This document shows, one piece after another, positions 17,296 to 28,262 of a stretch of DNA of 64,000 nt (the stretch's first letter is position 1; every line of letters starts with the position of its first letter). This DNA comes from Waddliaceae bacterium. Lineage in GTDB: Bacteria; Chlamydiota; Chlamydiia; Chlamydiales; Waddliaceae. The notes under the pieces are model-generated. The model saw nothing but the letters and a program-made list of their open reading frames with translations. It ran no database searches and was not told the DNA's origin. A program made the position numbers and the translations under genes. The DNA lies in assembly GCA_963724325.1 (NCBI GenBank), contig CAVRUH010000004.1:1-64000 (forward strand), given 5' to 3'.

Positions 17296-19689
17296 TTATC
17301 TTCCAATTCTTCTAGCATTTCCCAGTACCATAAGGCTGCTGGCAACCATGGCAACTGCGGCGAACAGGGGTGTTAATGTACCAGAGGCGGCGAGGGCAAT
17401 GCCGATACAATTATAAAAAAAGGCCCAAAAAAGATTCTGATTCACAATTTTTCGTCCCTTTTTTGCAAGAACTCTCATTTTCTGAACAACTTCTAATCTA
17501 TCAGTTGTCAAAAGAATGTCCGAAACCTGAATAGACACATCTGTCGCAGATACAACAGATATCCCCGCATGAGCTGCCGTTAACGCTGGCGCGTCATTAA
17601 TGCCGTCACCCATCATACAGACAATCTCCCCGCGCCTCTTTTGTTGGTGAATATACTCCTGTTTCTGAAGCGGGCTATAATTCCACAGCCATGACCCAAA
17701 TCCACACTCTTTTGCCACGGCCTCGACAGGCTTTTCTCCATCTCCTGAAAGCAAAACCGTTTTCACAGGACTTAAAGCACGTACAACCTCTTTTACTCCA
17801 CTTCTAATGGAGTCTCCCAATGTAATTAAAGTCAATAATGTCTTATTTTCCGCAAAATAAACCGTCGTAGAAATACCACTCGATGACACATCAATTCCAT
17901 GATTTCTCAAAAATAAATCTGATCCAAGCAAATACCGATTTCCCTTGTGCTCACCTATCATCCCCTTTCCCACTACTTCCAGAGTCGATTCAAGCTTGAA
18001 TCCATCAAATGGAATTTCTCGAGAGATTGCTAATGCCGTAGGATGATTTGATTGGGAGGAAAGGGCCTTTAAATAAGATAACTGATGTGTATCAAGACCT
18101 TCCAGCCCATCTAGAACGTGAAAATAACCCTCAGTTACTGTGCCTGTCTTATCAAAAACAAATAATGTTTCCCTTCCCAAAAAGGCCAAAGCCCTTCTGT
18201 TTCTCACGATAACACCCAATTGTGCCAGTTCGCTCATCAACTGGGACTCAGCCAGAGGAGCGGCAATGCCAATCGCACATGGGCATGAAATCAAAAAAAC
18301 AGAAATAGCTCTCATGATAATCTCATGAGTCGATAATCCTACAATTAATCCCCATCCAACAACTCCCAAAGCAATGCAACAAACAACCGGCACAAACCAA
18401 CGCACCACCTCATCAGCAGCCCTGACCGAAACATTCTTGACACCAATGTCCTTTTCGACCATGCCAATAATCCTTTGCAGAGCTGTTTGCTCTAAATTTG
18501 CCGTGACTCGATAGGATATTTTCCCCTGCAACAGAATAGTCCCTCCCAAAATCCCTTTTCCAATACCCTTGGCGACAGGCAGAGACTCCCCAGTCATCAA
18601 TGACTCATCGCAAGCTCCTTCACCTTCAATGATGACACCATCCAGCACTATTTTATCTCCTGTCAATGCAACCAAAATATCTCCGACGGAAATTTCTTTG
18701 ATAGGCACAAACTTTGATGATCCATCAGAAAAAAGCTTTCTGCCCCTTTTGGGAACAGATTGATACAACCGAAGCATGGCTTCTTTTGCAGAAAATTTCG
18801 AGCGTGCTTCAATGATTTTCCCAAGCAACACGAATGTAATAATCACTGTAAGTGAATCAAAATAAACATTAGCTCGACCATTTATCATCTCATATACAGA
18901 TACCCCAAAAGCTGTCCCTGCACCAACAATAACTAGAGCTTCCATCCCAAGTAATCCAATTTTTAGACTCCCCCATCCCCTTTTAAGAATAGGCCAAAAG
19001 CTATAAGTGACCACCGGTAAAGAGGAAATAAGCGAAATCCAAGCAAAAAGAAAATCGTACCCCTCAAGATCAGAATCAAAATACCCAGCATAAATTGGAT
19101 AAGCAAACATCATGATGTTCAGAGAAAAAAAAGCTGCAATGATAAATCGCAAATACAACCCTTTGGTCACCCTTTTTCTTTCGATGCTTTGAAACAGCTG
19201 TGGCTGATAACCCAATGAACGTATGAACTCAAGTATTTTGTCCTTCGAAATGATTCGCGGAGTAAATTCGACCGATGCTAAATCGGTAGCATAATCGACA
19301 ACACAATTGCGGACCCCTTTTTCACATAAAAGCATCAGGCGAATGACTTCGGCGCACGAGGGACACCATAAATCGCCGATTTCCAGATGCAACTTTTCAT
19401 ACTCCCCATCCGGAAGTTGTGCACGACTTTGACGAATGCTTTCTAATAAAGTTGAATTAGAAATCAACCCAAAGCGTATGGCCTCTAAAAATACCGGATT
19501 TTCCTCATAATTATCCAATTGATTTCTAATCTTTAGAACATTGTATACCGCAAGACATCCCTGACAGCAGAATATTTGGTCATTATCCAGAACAGGATGA
19601 CTCGAAGGATCAGATCCACATAATAAACAAAAGGTTTGAATAGTAGATGTCATAGCATCCAACATACGCAAACTATGCTCTAATTTCAA
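17296..19689 (-). CDS. P1B-type heavy-metal (Cu) ATPase, FixI/CcoI-like
   Basis: N-terminal CxxC...FCCQGC, WCPSC, TGES, CPC, DKTGT, HP, GDGINDAP, YN; exact start uncertain. Confidence 0.92.
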   Translation of the reverse strand: MKLEHSLRMLDAMTSTIQTFCLLCGSDPSSHPVLDNDQIFCCQGCLAVYNVLKIRNQLDNYEENPVFLEAIRFGLISNSTLLESIRQSRAQLPDGEYEKLHLEIGDLWCPSCAEVIRLMLLCEKGVRNCVVDYATDLASVEFTPRIISKDKILEFIRSLGYQPQLFQSIERKRVTKGLYLRFIIAAFFSLNIMMFAYPIYAGYFDSDLEGYDFLFAWISLISSLPVVTYSFWPILKRGWGSLKIGLLGMEALVIVGAGTAFGVSVYEMINGRANVYFDSLTVIITFVLLGKIIEARSKFSAKEAMLRLYQSVPKRGRKLFSDGSSKFVPIKEISVGDILVALTGDKIVLDGVIIEGEGACDESLMTGESLPVAKGIGKGILGGTILLQGKISYRVTANLEQTALQRIIGMVEKDIGVKNVSVRAADEVVRWFVPVVCCIALGVVGWGLIVGLSTHEIIMRAISVFLISCPCAIGIAAPLAESQLMSELAQLGVIVRNRRALAFLGRETLFVFDKTGTVTEGYFHVLDGLEGLDTHQLSYLKALSSQSNHPTALAISREIPFDGFKLESTLEVVGKGMIGEHKGNRYLLGSDLFLRNHGIDVSSSGISTTVYFAENKTLLTLITLGDSIRSGVKEVVRALSPVKTVLLSGDGEKPVEAVAKECGFGSWLWNYSPLQKQEYIHQQKRRGEIVCMMGDGINDAPALTAAHAGISVVSATDVSIQVSDILLTTDRLEVVQKMRVLAKKGRKIVNQNLFWAFFYNCIGIALAASGTLTPLFAAVAMVASSLMVLGNARRIGR

Positions 19690-19724
19690 TGCAAATTAAT
19701 GGATTTATGTGCTAGAGTATAGAT

Positions 19725-20255
19725 ATGAAGCTCACAATGGCCTACTTTGGCAACCCAATATTACGAAAGAAAGGTGAAAAAATCACCGAAATTAATGACA
19801 ATATCCAAGCATTAGTTCAGGACATGATTGAAACCCTTGCTACACAAGGAACTGGCATCGGCCTCGCCGCACCGCAAGTACAACATTCACTTGCCCTTTT
19901 CATTACGAAGGTACCTATCGAACAGCCCGATGGCAAATGGAGCGAGGGTACGCTGCGGGTGTTCATCAATCCTAAAATTATTTCAGTAAGCCCCGAAATG
20001 GGAATACGCGAAGAGGGCTGCCTCTCGATCCCAGGTGTATATGGTGAGGTAGTTCGACCACTTGTGGTAAGAATTACTGCCACAGATCTCGATGGCAACA
20101 TCTTTGAAGGGGAATTCACCGGACTAGAAGGTCGCTGCATCCTACATGAAAACGACCACATCAATGGCGTCCTCTTCATCGACCGCATCCGTGGCAAAGA
20201 ACGCAAAGCCCTCGAAAAAAAACTCCAAGAAATCAAAAAAAAATACGCCTCATAG
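19725..20255 (+). CDS. def: peptide deformylase
   Basis: GIGLAAPQ, EGCLS, HENDH. Confidence 0.96.
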   Translation: MKLTMAYFGNPILRKKGEKITEINDNIQALVQDMIETLATQGTGIGLAAPQVQHSLALFITKVPIEQPDGKWSEGTLRVFINPKIISVSPEMGIREEGCLSIPGVYGEVVRPLVVRITATDLDGNIFEGEFTGLEGRCILHENDHINGVLFIDRIRGKERKALEKKLQEIKKKYAS

Positions 20256-20449
20256 CCATGCCTTTCCCATTTATGCCGTGACCAAAGTATTAATACAAAA
20301 AATTTCAAGTGTGGTTATATAATAGACCAGATTTCGAGACTTTCGAGGCGCCTCTTGCGCCTCAACTATGTGAATTGTTGTTTAGGATTTACTCCTCCGT
20401 TCTTATAGTTTTGGCGTAAAACATTGACTGTAAAAAATGTATTTTATTT

Positions 20450-22003
20450 TTACGGCTTATGCTTCTTTGCGTTGATGTATGTGGCACGACCCTCGACTAT
20501 GATCTTAGGCTTAAAAGACATAGGCCCCTTCGTAATTTTAATGTCCTTTAAATTTACAACGCTGCATTTAAACAGTTTTGGATGTTTACTTAAATCAATC
20601 TCTTTCAGCGAAACATTATAAAGGTCTAGCACTTTCAACTCTTTAGAATTGTCCGCGAAGTGCAATGCCTTAAGACTTGGAATGTTCCAAACTACAAACT
20701 TGTTAATCGAGACAGGAAACCATACAGCTTTAATGTTGAGACGAAAAAGTGTTAACTTTTCAAGCATAGAAAACCTCTCTAAACTCAATTCAGCAACAAT
20801 TCTTACATTATCAATCCATAAACTTTTCAGCTTCGGCGCTAAACATGCAGGAGGCAAAGTAACATCTAAATGATGAGTAAGGGTGAGTTCAGAAAGTTGA
20901 GGAAAAGAAGTCCTCGAAAAATCGAGATTCAGCGCTTTGCTTTTTTGAATTTGCAGCGATGTAAGATTCTCAAAACATTGTCTAAATACAACATTATTTA
21001 ATAAAGGGCAATTTATTATATCAATTTCTTTAACAGAATCATAAAGTGAAACAGAGGTATTCAACTCGGAAAAATGCTGACAATTATAAATCCATAACTT
21101 TTGAACAGATGCATTTGGAGGAATTCGAATCTTAGAAATATCACAATTTTTTAAATAGCATTTTTCTATTGTTTGGGGGAGAATAATTGGCTTGACATTT
21201 AAAAATAATTGATAATTAAAGACTTCCACTTCCTTTAGTTTTCTGTATTTGGATAAATCAATGCATGAATTCCTTTTTAATGCATTCTCTATCACCAAGC
21301 ATTCCAAATTAGAGGCAAATAAATCAAGTCGACATTTTAAAACTGCTTCTGCTTTAACCTTCAATACTTTCAGTTGTGGAAACATGTGTAAATAAGTTAT
21401 TACATCGTCAATTTGTAATTCACTTAGGTCTAGAAATTTAATGCGTGAATTCAAGGCGAAAAAGTCTTCGATATTATCTGGCAAAACCTTACTCGTCGGA
21501 GTCACCTGATGATCTTCACAATACCTATTCCAAACAAAGTCCATATGTATTTTCCATGCCTTGCATACCAGTCGGATTGCTGTCCTATTTTTGATTAGCA
21601 TCGAAAATATCGTCTGGATGGCCTCTTTCTGCAGCAGATTAAAAAGTGGTAATCTCTGTGTCTCAGGCGTTCTTAATTGTTTAAAACAATGGGCTGCACC
21701 AAGCGCTACGAAAACCTCTTTATGAGAATTTTTCCAAAGTGGAGATGTCCCAACTTTTGCCGCTAAAATCGAAGCAATCTTAAATAGAGGTTCAGCTAAT
21801 CGGCACCTAGTGTCTCTTGTTCTATCTTTCTCAGTATTAATAGCGAGCGATTGAAGTGTACCCAAATTATATTTAAATAATTCTCTAATAGCTTTTGGAT
21901 TTACAGATTCCCGCCAATCTCTTTCTGCAAGTTGATATAATTTCTGTTCTGCCGAAATATAATAGCTATACTCGGGTTTTTTATTAAATCCTGTAGATAA
22001 CAT
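20450..22003 (-). CDS. F-box-like plus leucine-rich-repeat protein (candidate effector)
   Basis: LLQKEAIQTIFSML...IRLVCKAW followed by many LxxLxLxxC/N repeats; start moved to MLSTG (AAGGAGG RBS). Confidence 0.7.
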   Translation of the reverse strand: MLSTGFNKKPEYSYYISAEQKLYQLAERDWRESVNPKAIRELFKYNLGTLQSLAINTEKDRTRDTRCRLAEPLFKIASILAAKVGTSPLWKNSHKEVFVALGAAHCFKQLRTPETQRLPLFNLLQKEAIQTIFSMLIKNRTAIRLVCKAWKIHMDFVWNRYCEDHQVTPTSKVLPDNIEDFFALNSRIKFLDLSELQIDDVITYLHMFPQLKVLKVKAEAVLKCRLDLFASNLECLVIENALKRNSCIDLSKYRKLKEVEVFNYQLFLNVKPIILPQTIEKCYLKNCDISKIRIPPNASVQKLWIYNCQHFSELNTSVSLYDSVKEIDIINCPLLNNVVFRQCFENLTSLQIQKSKALNLDFSRTSFPQLSELTLTHHLDVTLPPACLAPKLKSLWIDNVRIVAELSLERFSMLEKLTLFRLNIKAVWFPVSINKFVVWNIPSLKALHFADNSKELKVLDLYNVSLKEIDLSKHPKLFKCSVVNLKDIKITKGPMSFKPKIIVEGRATYINAKKHKP

Positions 22004-22238
22004 GTCATCCTCCTTTGAATGGACGACATTATAACAACTTCGCAATTTAATACAAGAAGCCAAGCAACCATAATGGCAATTTGGACCCGATGCCAGTCTC
22101 AATATTGTCACAGGCTAGAAATGAGAATTTTTCATTTTTAATCTGGTTAAAATTTTTGTTTTTTCCTCCTACCTGAAAAATATACTTGCCATCTACTAAA
22201 AAATCACCATACGGAGAGGAAAGATGGGGCCACGAGTG

Positions 22239-23012
22239 TTAAGGACCGAAGGGGTACATTAGTCTAATCATAAAGGAATTCACCTGTTTTGGGAAGTTTT
22301 CGGCGTAGGGGCGGTAGCTGTACCCAAGTGTAAGTTCGCTGGTTTCAATGACATACATCTTGTATTCAAAACCAAGATCAATTGAACGATGGCGGATATC
22401 ACCGTAGCCGCTGAAATGGCGGGAATGAAGATTTCGCGAGCCAAACCCGAATAGAGAATTGGCAAAAATGCGCAAGAAGCGACGATGGCAATAGTTTTTT
22501 TCCCAAACGAGATCCAATCTTGCCCAAGGAGAACCTCTGTCTGAGGTTCCCAAAGCACCCAATGCCCAAGAACGCGAGGTCCAGTCGTCACCCATACTTT
22601 CTTCCTTTCCAACTGATGCAGTAAATTCAGCTTCGTTTAAACCATGATGAAACGTATTTTTATCTTTCACACTTTTGTGACATGCTCGAATAAGCGTCAC
22701 ACCAGCGACAACAGACACAGGATCACCCACAATATCATTCAGAAAGCGATACCGACCGGTAAGATGAAAATCGTCGAATCCAAATCGTCGCGCTTTTGTA
22801 TGAGATAAATTGAGCTCTGCATCAATCTGATACACATCGTAGGATCCCTCAAGACCAGAAATCAGTATATTATTCGTATTATTACAATACTTTTGAAAAA
22901 TATAAGTTTCCCGGGGGTGGAATTCAAGATCATTTCCATACCAAGGTGCAAAATCCGTTGCAAACAACATTCCTGGAATCACAAAAGCCAAGGAAAAAAT
23001 TCGCCTCATCAT
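22239..23012 (-). CDS. exported hypothetical protein, possibly an outer-membrane beta-barrel
   Basis: Signal peptide, aromatic/amphipathic strands; coupled to trxB. Confidence 0.55.
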   Translation of the reverse strand: MMRRIFSLAFVIPGMLFATDFAPWYGNDLEFHPRETYIFQKYCNNTNNILISGLEGSYDVYQIDAELNLSHTKARRFGFDDFHLTGRYRFLNDIVGDPVSVVAGVTLIRACHKSVKDKNTFHHGLNEAEFTASVGKEESMGDDWTSRSWALGALGTSDRGSPWARLDLVWEKNYCHRRFLRIFANSLFGFGSRNLHSRHFSGYGDIRHRSIDLGFEYKMYVIETSELTLGYSYRPYAENFPKQVNSFMIRLMYPFGP

Positions 23013-23959
23013 TCAATACCCTTTGCAGCTAAATCGCGCTCAGCCTCAATCGCCGCCATGCAACCAGTGCCTGCAGCAGAAACCGCCTGCCTATAAACGT
23101 GGTCCTGACAGTCTCCACAGGCATAAACGAGCTCAATATTCGTCTTGCAACTTCCAGGCATCACCTTTATGTATCCATTATCGTGAAGCTTGATTTTTCC
23201 CTTCAGAAATTCTGTATTTGGTGTGTGACCCACCGCAAAAAATACTCCGGCAGCCCCTCTTTTTTCAATGCTTCCAGTCTTAACATTCTTTAGATGCACA
23301 TGGCGAACAACACTGTCCCCTTCCACATTTTCTATGACGGTATCCCAAAGAACCTCGATTTTTGGGTGTTTGAGCACCCTCTGTTGCATGATTTTTGAAG
23401 CTCTAAGTTCATTTCTTCTATGCACAATAAACACTTTGCTGCCGAATTTCGTCAAAAATACTGCCTCTTCACAAGCGGTATCTCCTCCACCAATGACATA
23501 CAAATCCTTGTTGCGGAAAATCGGCATTGCTCCATCACAAACAGCACACGCCGTCACCCCCCTCTGCCAAAACTCCCCATCCCTGGTCCCGGCAATGTCT
23601 AATCGATTAGCCGATGCCCCAGTAGCAATAATAATTGAGTCGGCCATGACTTCCTGATTCTTTGCCACAACCTTAAAAGGATGCTGTGACAAATCTACAT
23701 CAACAACATCATCCGTTACAATTTCTGTTCCAAATCTAAGCGCTTGTTTTCTAAATGCTTGCATTAATTCCGGACCCGAAATTCCTTCCGGAAAACCTGG
23801 ATAATTTTCTACTTCAGTGGTGATCATTAACTGTCCACCAGCTGGACCTGAGTAAAATCCTTCGAACAATACGGGACTTAAATTAGCCCGCGCGGCATAG
23901 ATTGCTGCAGTGTAACCTGCTGGTCCTGATCCAATAATAACGACTTTTGCTTTTTTCAT
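23009..23959 (-). CDS. trxB: thioredoxin-disulfide reductase
   Basis: GSGPAG, ENYPGF, CAVCDG, GGGD, ACGD. Confidence 0.97.
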   Translation of the reverse strand: MKKAKVVIIGSGPAGYTAAIYAARANLSPVLFEGFYSGPAGGQLMITTEVENYPGFPEGISGPELMQAFRKQALRFGTEIVTDDVVDVDLSQHPFKVVAKNQEVMADSIIIATGASANRLDIAGTRDGEFWQRGVTACAVCDGAMPIFRNKDLYVIGGGDTACEEAVFLTKFGSKVFIVHRRNELRASKIMQQRVLKHPKIEVLWDTVIENVEGDSVVRHVHLKNVKTGSIEKRGAAGVFFAVGHTPNTEFLKGKIKLHDNGYIKVMPGSCKTNIELVYACGDCQDHVYRQAVSAAGTGCMAAIEAERDLAAKGIE

Positions 23960-24070
23960 GACACCCTTTGGTTTTTTACCAAAATATAATCGATCGAAAC
24001 ATAAAATTCATCTAGAAAAAAAAGCAACGGTCTGGTATAATCACCATCACAATTTTTGATAAGGGGGTAA

Positions 24071-25372
24071 ATGAGAGAAATCACTTGTAGTTTATTTTCT
24101 TTAACGAGAGGAGAAGAATTTAAGGTCTTTCTTTTTGCTTTAACGGGATTTTTGTGGTCTCTGGCTGCCTCCACGGCATTTAAATTTGCCGACGCACTTT
24201 TTGTATACCATATCGGCGCCCATTCTTTGTCCACAATCTACATGTGCATACCTGTAGGCATGATACTGATGTCTACAATTCTTCTAAACATCTACCATAG
24301 AGTTGCTGCACACACTGTATTTCTATCACTCATCTTTTTCAGCGCTTTGTTAAATGGAATTTCTTTCTTTTTCTATAACTGGGGATTTGGCCATCATCCT
24401 GATTGGTTTTGGTATGTATTGCGCATCCAAACCGCACTGATTTTTTATCCACTCATTGCCTCCTATTGGAACTTCGTCGACCAATATTTCCGTCCGCATG
24501 ATGCACGCCGCCTCTTCGGAATATTCAGCTCTACAGTGTTTTTAGGAGTCTCTACCACTGGAATGATCATGCGATGGGGACTTATACCTTCTGAATTTAT
24601 TTCCCCATTCATTGTCGTCATCATGATCTGCGCTGCATGCACCATTAAATATATTGTAAGCCACGTCCCTCTTTTTCAACATGAAATGGAAGAAGTTCCT
24701 GCAGATAATCTGACCTTGGGTGAAAAAATAAAAGCTATTTTCTCATGCAGGTTCTCTATTTTGATCATTCTTGGAAACTTAATGGCAATTTTCATGTGGG
24801 TAATTGCCGAATACAATTACATGTCTACCTTTGAAGAGAAATTTGCTGCTTTAGGGGAGACTCATTTAACTGAATTTTTAGGACAGTGCCTTTCCATAGT
24901 CAGCATTGTGAATGTGATCTTTGGTATTTTCATGTATGCCCGCTTAGTGAGAAAATTTGGTGTTGAAAGCATTATTTTATTCACCCCCGTCATGTACTTG
25001 CTTATGTTCTCTGGCTGGCTCTATTACGATATGTTCCTCTTTCCTCTCATGGGTTACTTTATCGTAGAAGGTTCGACTGAAATTATCGATAACAGCAATT
25101 TTGGCCTCTTGATCCGCGGAATTCCAGCACACATCCGCCCAACGCTTCGAGTGTTGATTAACTCAATTTTCGAACCGCTTGGCATGCTATTCAGTGGTAT
25201 TACCCTAACATTTATTTCTTTTGACAGCAGAATCTTAGGGATGTTAATTGCCTGTTTTGCAGTTACAGCCGCCCTTTTCTTAAGATCGCACCAAACTGGA
25301 ATTTTATACCCAAGCAACCTCAAAACTTGGCTTTTGAGGTTCGTGAAAGCTCCCGCGGTTGAACGATCGTAA
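24071..25372 (+). CDS. multi-pass MFS-like/TLC (Npt-like) membrane transporter
   Basis: About 12 hydrophobic segments; W.FVDQYF...DARRLF motif. Confidence 0.6.
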   Translation: MREITCSLFSLTRGEEFKVFLFALTGFLWSLAASTAFKFADALFVYHIGAHSLSTIYMCIPVGMILMSTILLNIYHRVAAHTVFLSLIFFSALLNGISFFFYNWGFGHHPDWFWYVLRIQTALIFYPLIASYWNFVDQYFRPHDARRLFGIFSSTVFLGVSTTGMIMRWGLIPSEFISPFIVVIMICAACTIKYIVSHVPLFQHEMEEVPADNLTLGEKIKAIFSCRFSILIILGNLMAIFMWVIAEYNYMSTFEEKFAALGETHLTEFLGQCLSIVSIVNVIFGIFMYARLVRKFGVESIILFTPVMYLLMFSGWLYYDMFLFPLMGYFIVEGSTEIIDNSNFGLLIRGIPAHIRPTLRVLINSIFEPLGMLFSGITLTFISFDSRILGMLIACFAVTAALFLRSHQTGILYPSNLKTWLLRFVKAPAVERS

Positions 25373-25445
25373 ATGACCTAAATAACCACCTGATCCGAAG
25401 AAATTCCCTTTACTAGTTTGCACCCGATGGTGTAAATTTAATGTT

Positions 25446-26333
25446 ATGTCAAATATGTTTGTCACAGAAATAGATACTACGCTGGCCGAGAAAATAATTG
25501 CCGACCTCAAGGGGCAGGGCTTCGAGCTATCCAAGCCCCAATACACCCTCTTCTCCGCACGAAAACCAGGCTTGACCTGCACTTTATATGCGTCAGGAAA
25601 GCTTGTGGTCCAAGGCAAAAACATGCAGGAATTTATGGAATTCTATCTTGAACCCGAAATCCTGAAAGAGTTCTCTTTTACCTATAAAGATACCGATGAA
25701 GACACTACTCCCAGAATAGGAATAGACGAAGCGGGAAAAGGCGATTTTTTTGGTCCTCTTTGCATCGCTGGAGTTTTCGCAGGTGACGATGACATCGCCA
25801 AACTTAGAAAAATAGGTGTAAAAGACTCAAAATTGATCTCTGATCCCACAATAATCACTATCGGCAACAAAATTAAAGCAGCCTGCCCATATGAAGTTGT
25901 TAAACTGAAACCACTTAAATACAACGAACTTTATGACAAATTCAAAAATTTAAACCATCTCCTTGCCTGGGGGCATGCCACCGCAATCGAGAGTTTAGTC
26001 GCCAAAACGGGATGCCGCGATGTCATCATTGATCAGTTCGCTGCCGAACACGTCGTCATCAATGCCTTAAAAAAGAAAAATCTAGATGTAAACCTAACGC
26101 AAAGGACAAAGGGAGAAGAAGATGTGGTCGTGGCAGCAGCTTCCATTCTAGCTCGCCAGGCCTTTCTTGAAGGATTAAGCGATCTTAGCCGTGAATTTGA
26201 AATCAAGCTCCCTAAAGGTGCCGCAGAAATAGTTAAGACCGTAGGCCGACACTTTATCACGAAGCATGGCAGAGAAAAACTTCCCTATGTGGTAAAAATG
26301 CATTTTAAAACCCTTGACTCTATTTTACATTAG
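25446..26333 (+). CDS. rnhC: ribonuclease HIII
   Basis: N-terminal TBP-like LYASGKLVVQG, IGIDEAGKGDFFGP, DSK, AAASILAR. Confidence 0.95.
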   Translation: MSNMFVTEIDTTLAEKIIADLKGQGFELSKPQYTLFSARKPGLTCTLYASGKLVVQGKNMQEFMEFYLEPEILKEFSFTYKDTDEDTTPRIGIDEAGKGDFFGPLCIAGVFAGDDDIAKLRKIGVKDSKLISDPTIITIGNKIKAACPYEVVKLKPLKYNELYDKFKNLNHLLAWGHATAIESLVAKTGCRDVIIDQFAAEHVVINALKKKNLDVNLTQRTKGEEDVVVAAASILARQAFLEGLSDLSREFEIKLPKGAAEIVKTVGRHFITKHGREKLPYVVKMHFKTLDSILH

Positions 26334-26350
26334 TATCATTATAGGAATAT

Positions 26351-26683
26351 ATGAGTAACAGAACACTTTTTTACCTTATGGTCATTGTCATCATAGCTAT
26401 GATTGCCCTTTTGGTGATTAATTTCATCAGCAGGCTGCCAAAAGCACAGAATGACAAAGTTGTTTCACGCAATGATGTCCGTGGCATAGATGTCGAACAT
26501 ACTGGAGAACTATGGACCTTAAACTTCGACCAGCAAAATCAGTTAATCACCATTCTCAATAACAATCCTTATAATCATGAAGCCAATGGCGATCGCATCA
26601 TTATCTATAGATTCAACGCCCCCGACTTGGTAATCGCATCGTATAACGAGATCGAAAATGTTAAAGCATCTTCATATCAATAA
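26351..26683 (+). CDS. hypothetical single-TM protein
   Basis: ORF between rnhC and recN with an N-terminal TM. Confidence 0.6.
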   Translation: MSNRTLFYLMVIVIIAMIALLVINFISRLPKAQNDKVVSRNDVRGIDVEHTGELWTLNFDQQNQLITILNNNPYNHEANGDRIIIYRFNAPDLVIASYNEIENVKASSYQ

Positions 26684-28262
26684 CATCGTTCTAGTTGAAT
26701 CCTCGCAAATCCCCTTCAAAGATGGATTTAATGCCCTTTCAGGTGAAACAGGTTCAGGAAAATCGGCCATTATGGGGGCGCTTACGTGCCTGATGGGTTC
26801 CAGAGCCGACACCTCCATCATCCGAAGAGATGCCGACAAAGGAACCATCGAAGCCACTTTTGAGATCAGTCATTTATCTAAAATTCGAGAGCTCCTTGAA
26901 AATGCTGGGATTTCACATGACGAGGGCGAAGACCTCATCATCAAAAGAGAAATTTCCTCTGCAGGAAAAAGCCGGGCCTTTGTCAATAATCAAATGGCAC
27001 AAATTAGCCTCCTTCGACAGATTGGCGAAGGACTCCTTCAAATTGTTGGCCAGCATGCCAACCAAAGACTCCTTCATACTGACCACCATCGAGATATCAT
27101 CGACAACTTTGGCGGCATAGAAACCGCCCCTTTTGAAATAAGCTGGAAAGAAGAAATTGACTCCAAAAATGAGCTTCAAGACCTCCTTTCGACAGAAGCT
27201 CAACGGCTCCGCAATATGGAAACCATGCAGAAAGAGCTCTCAGAACTCGATGAAGCACATGTCATGGATGGCGAAGAGGAAGAATTATTCTCAGAATACA
27301 CCCTCCTAAACCATTCAGAAGAGTTATCTCATTTATCATTAGAAATTACAAATGGACTTTCTGAAGACGATTCAGCTATCCTTCCAAATATCAAAAAAAT
27401 TGAGCGCTCCCTTGAAAAAGCCGCGCAGCTTGACCCCGCACTCAAAGAATCCTATGACACCCTGTGCGAAACAAAGCTCGAATTGCTAGAATTAGAACGG
27501 ACATTGCTCAACTATCAAAGTAAAATCGACCACAACCCCCAGCGCATCGAACAAATTAATGAACGACTTAGCCTGCTCAACAAGATCAAAAAGAAATATG
27601 GTCCTTCAGTCTCAGAATATCACAAATCAATCCAAGAAAAACTCACAAACCTAGCACAAAGCGACGATAGAATTCATCTATTGAAAGAAAAAATTGCCGA
27701 TCTTGAAAAGAACAATAATGTACTTGCCCAGGAACTGAGTAAAAATAGAGAAAAAATTGCCCTACAATTCGAAAAAGACATCGAAAATGAACTGAGAGCT
27801 CTAAATATGCCAAAAGCGAAGTTCTTCGTGGAAATCCATCCGCAAAAAAGGAACAAATCAGGCGACGATAACATCGAATTCTTTTTCATGCCTAATGTTG
27901 GCGAAAAGAAAATTTCTATTAAAGACTGCGCTAGCGGCGGCGAACTATCTCGCCTAATGCTAGCCATCCAAACAATGCTCGCAGGAAAAGAGAAAACTCC
28001 CACTCTTATTTTCGATGAGATCGATGCAAATATCGGCGGCGAAACCGCAAATGTCATCGGAGAAAAGCTTCAACAAATCGGCATGAAACACCAAGTTTTA
28101 TGCATCACCCACTTCCCACAAGTGGCAAAGTGCGCCATTCACCACCTCCAAATCTCAAAGTCAGAAAAGAACGGACGGACCATCACCACCATCCTTCCCC
28201 TCGAAGGCAAGGCACGCGAAACCGAGCTCAAACGGATGCACGGTGAGGCACTTCCTATCTAG
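26658..28262 (+). CDS. recN: DNA repair protein RecN
   Basis: SGETGSGKS, coiled coil, ASGGELSR, IFDEID, ITHFPQVA. Confidence 0.96.
   Translation: MLKHLHINNIVLVESSQIPFKDGFNALSGETGSGKSAIMGALTCLMGSRADTSIIRRDADKGTIEATFEISHLSKIRELLENAGISHDEGEDLIIKREISSAGKSRAFVNNQMAQISLLRQIGEGLLQIVGQHANQRLLHTDHHRDIIDNFGGIETAPFEISWKEEIDSKNELQDLLSTEAQRLRNMETMQKELSELDEAHVMDGEEEELFSEYTLLNHSEELSHLSLEITNGLSEDDSAILPNIKKIERSLEKAAQLDPALKESYDTLCETKLELLELERTLLNYQSKIDHNPQRIEQINERLSLLNKIKKKYGPSVSEYHKSIQEKLTNLAQSDDRIHLLKEKIADLEKNNNVLAQELSKNREKIALQFEKDIENELRALNMPKAKFFVEIHPQKRNKSGDDNIEFFFMPNVGEKKISIKDCASGGELSRLMLAIQTMLAGKEKTPTLIFDEIDANIGGETANVIGEKLQQIGMKHQVLCITHFPQVAKCAIHHLQISKSEKNGRTITTILPLEGKARETELKRMHGEALPI

Noticed and set aside
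22112..22238. Possible structured RNA in the intergenic gap
   Set aside because: Only short, weak complementarities; no recognisable riboswitch or tRNA pattern.
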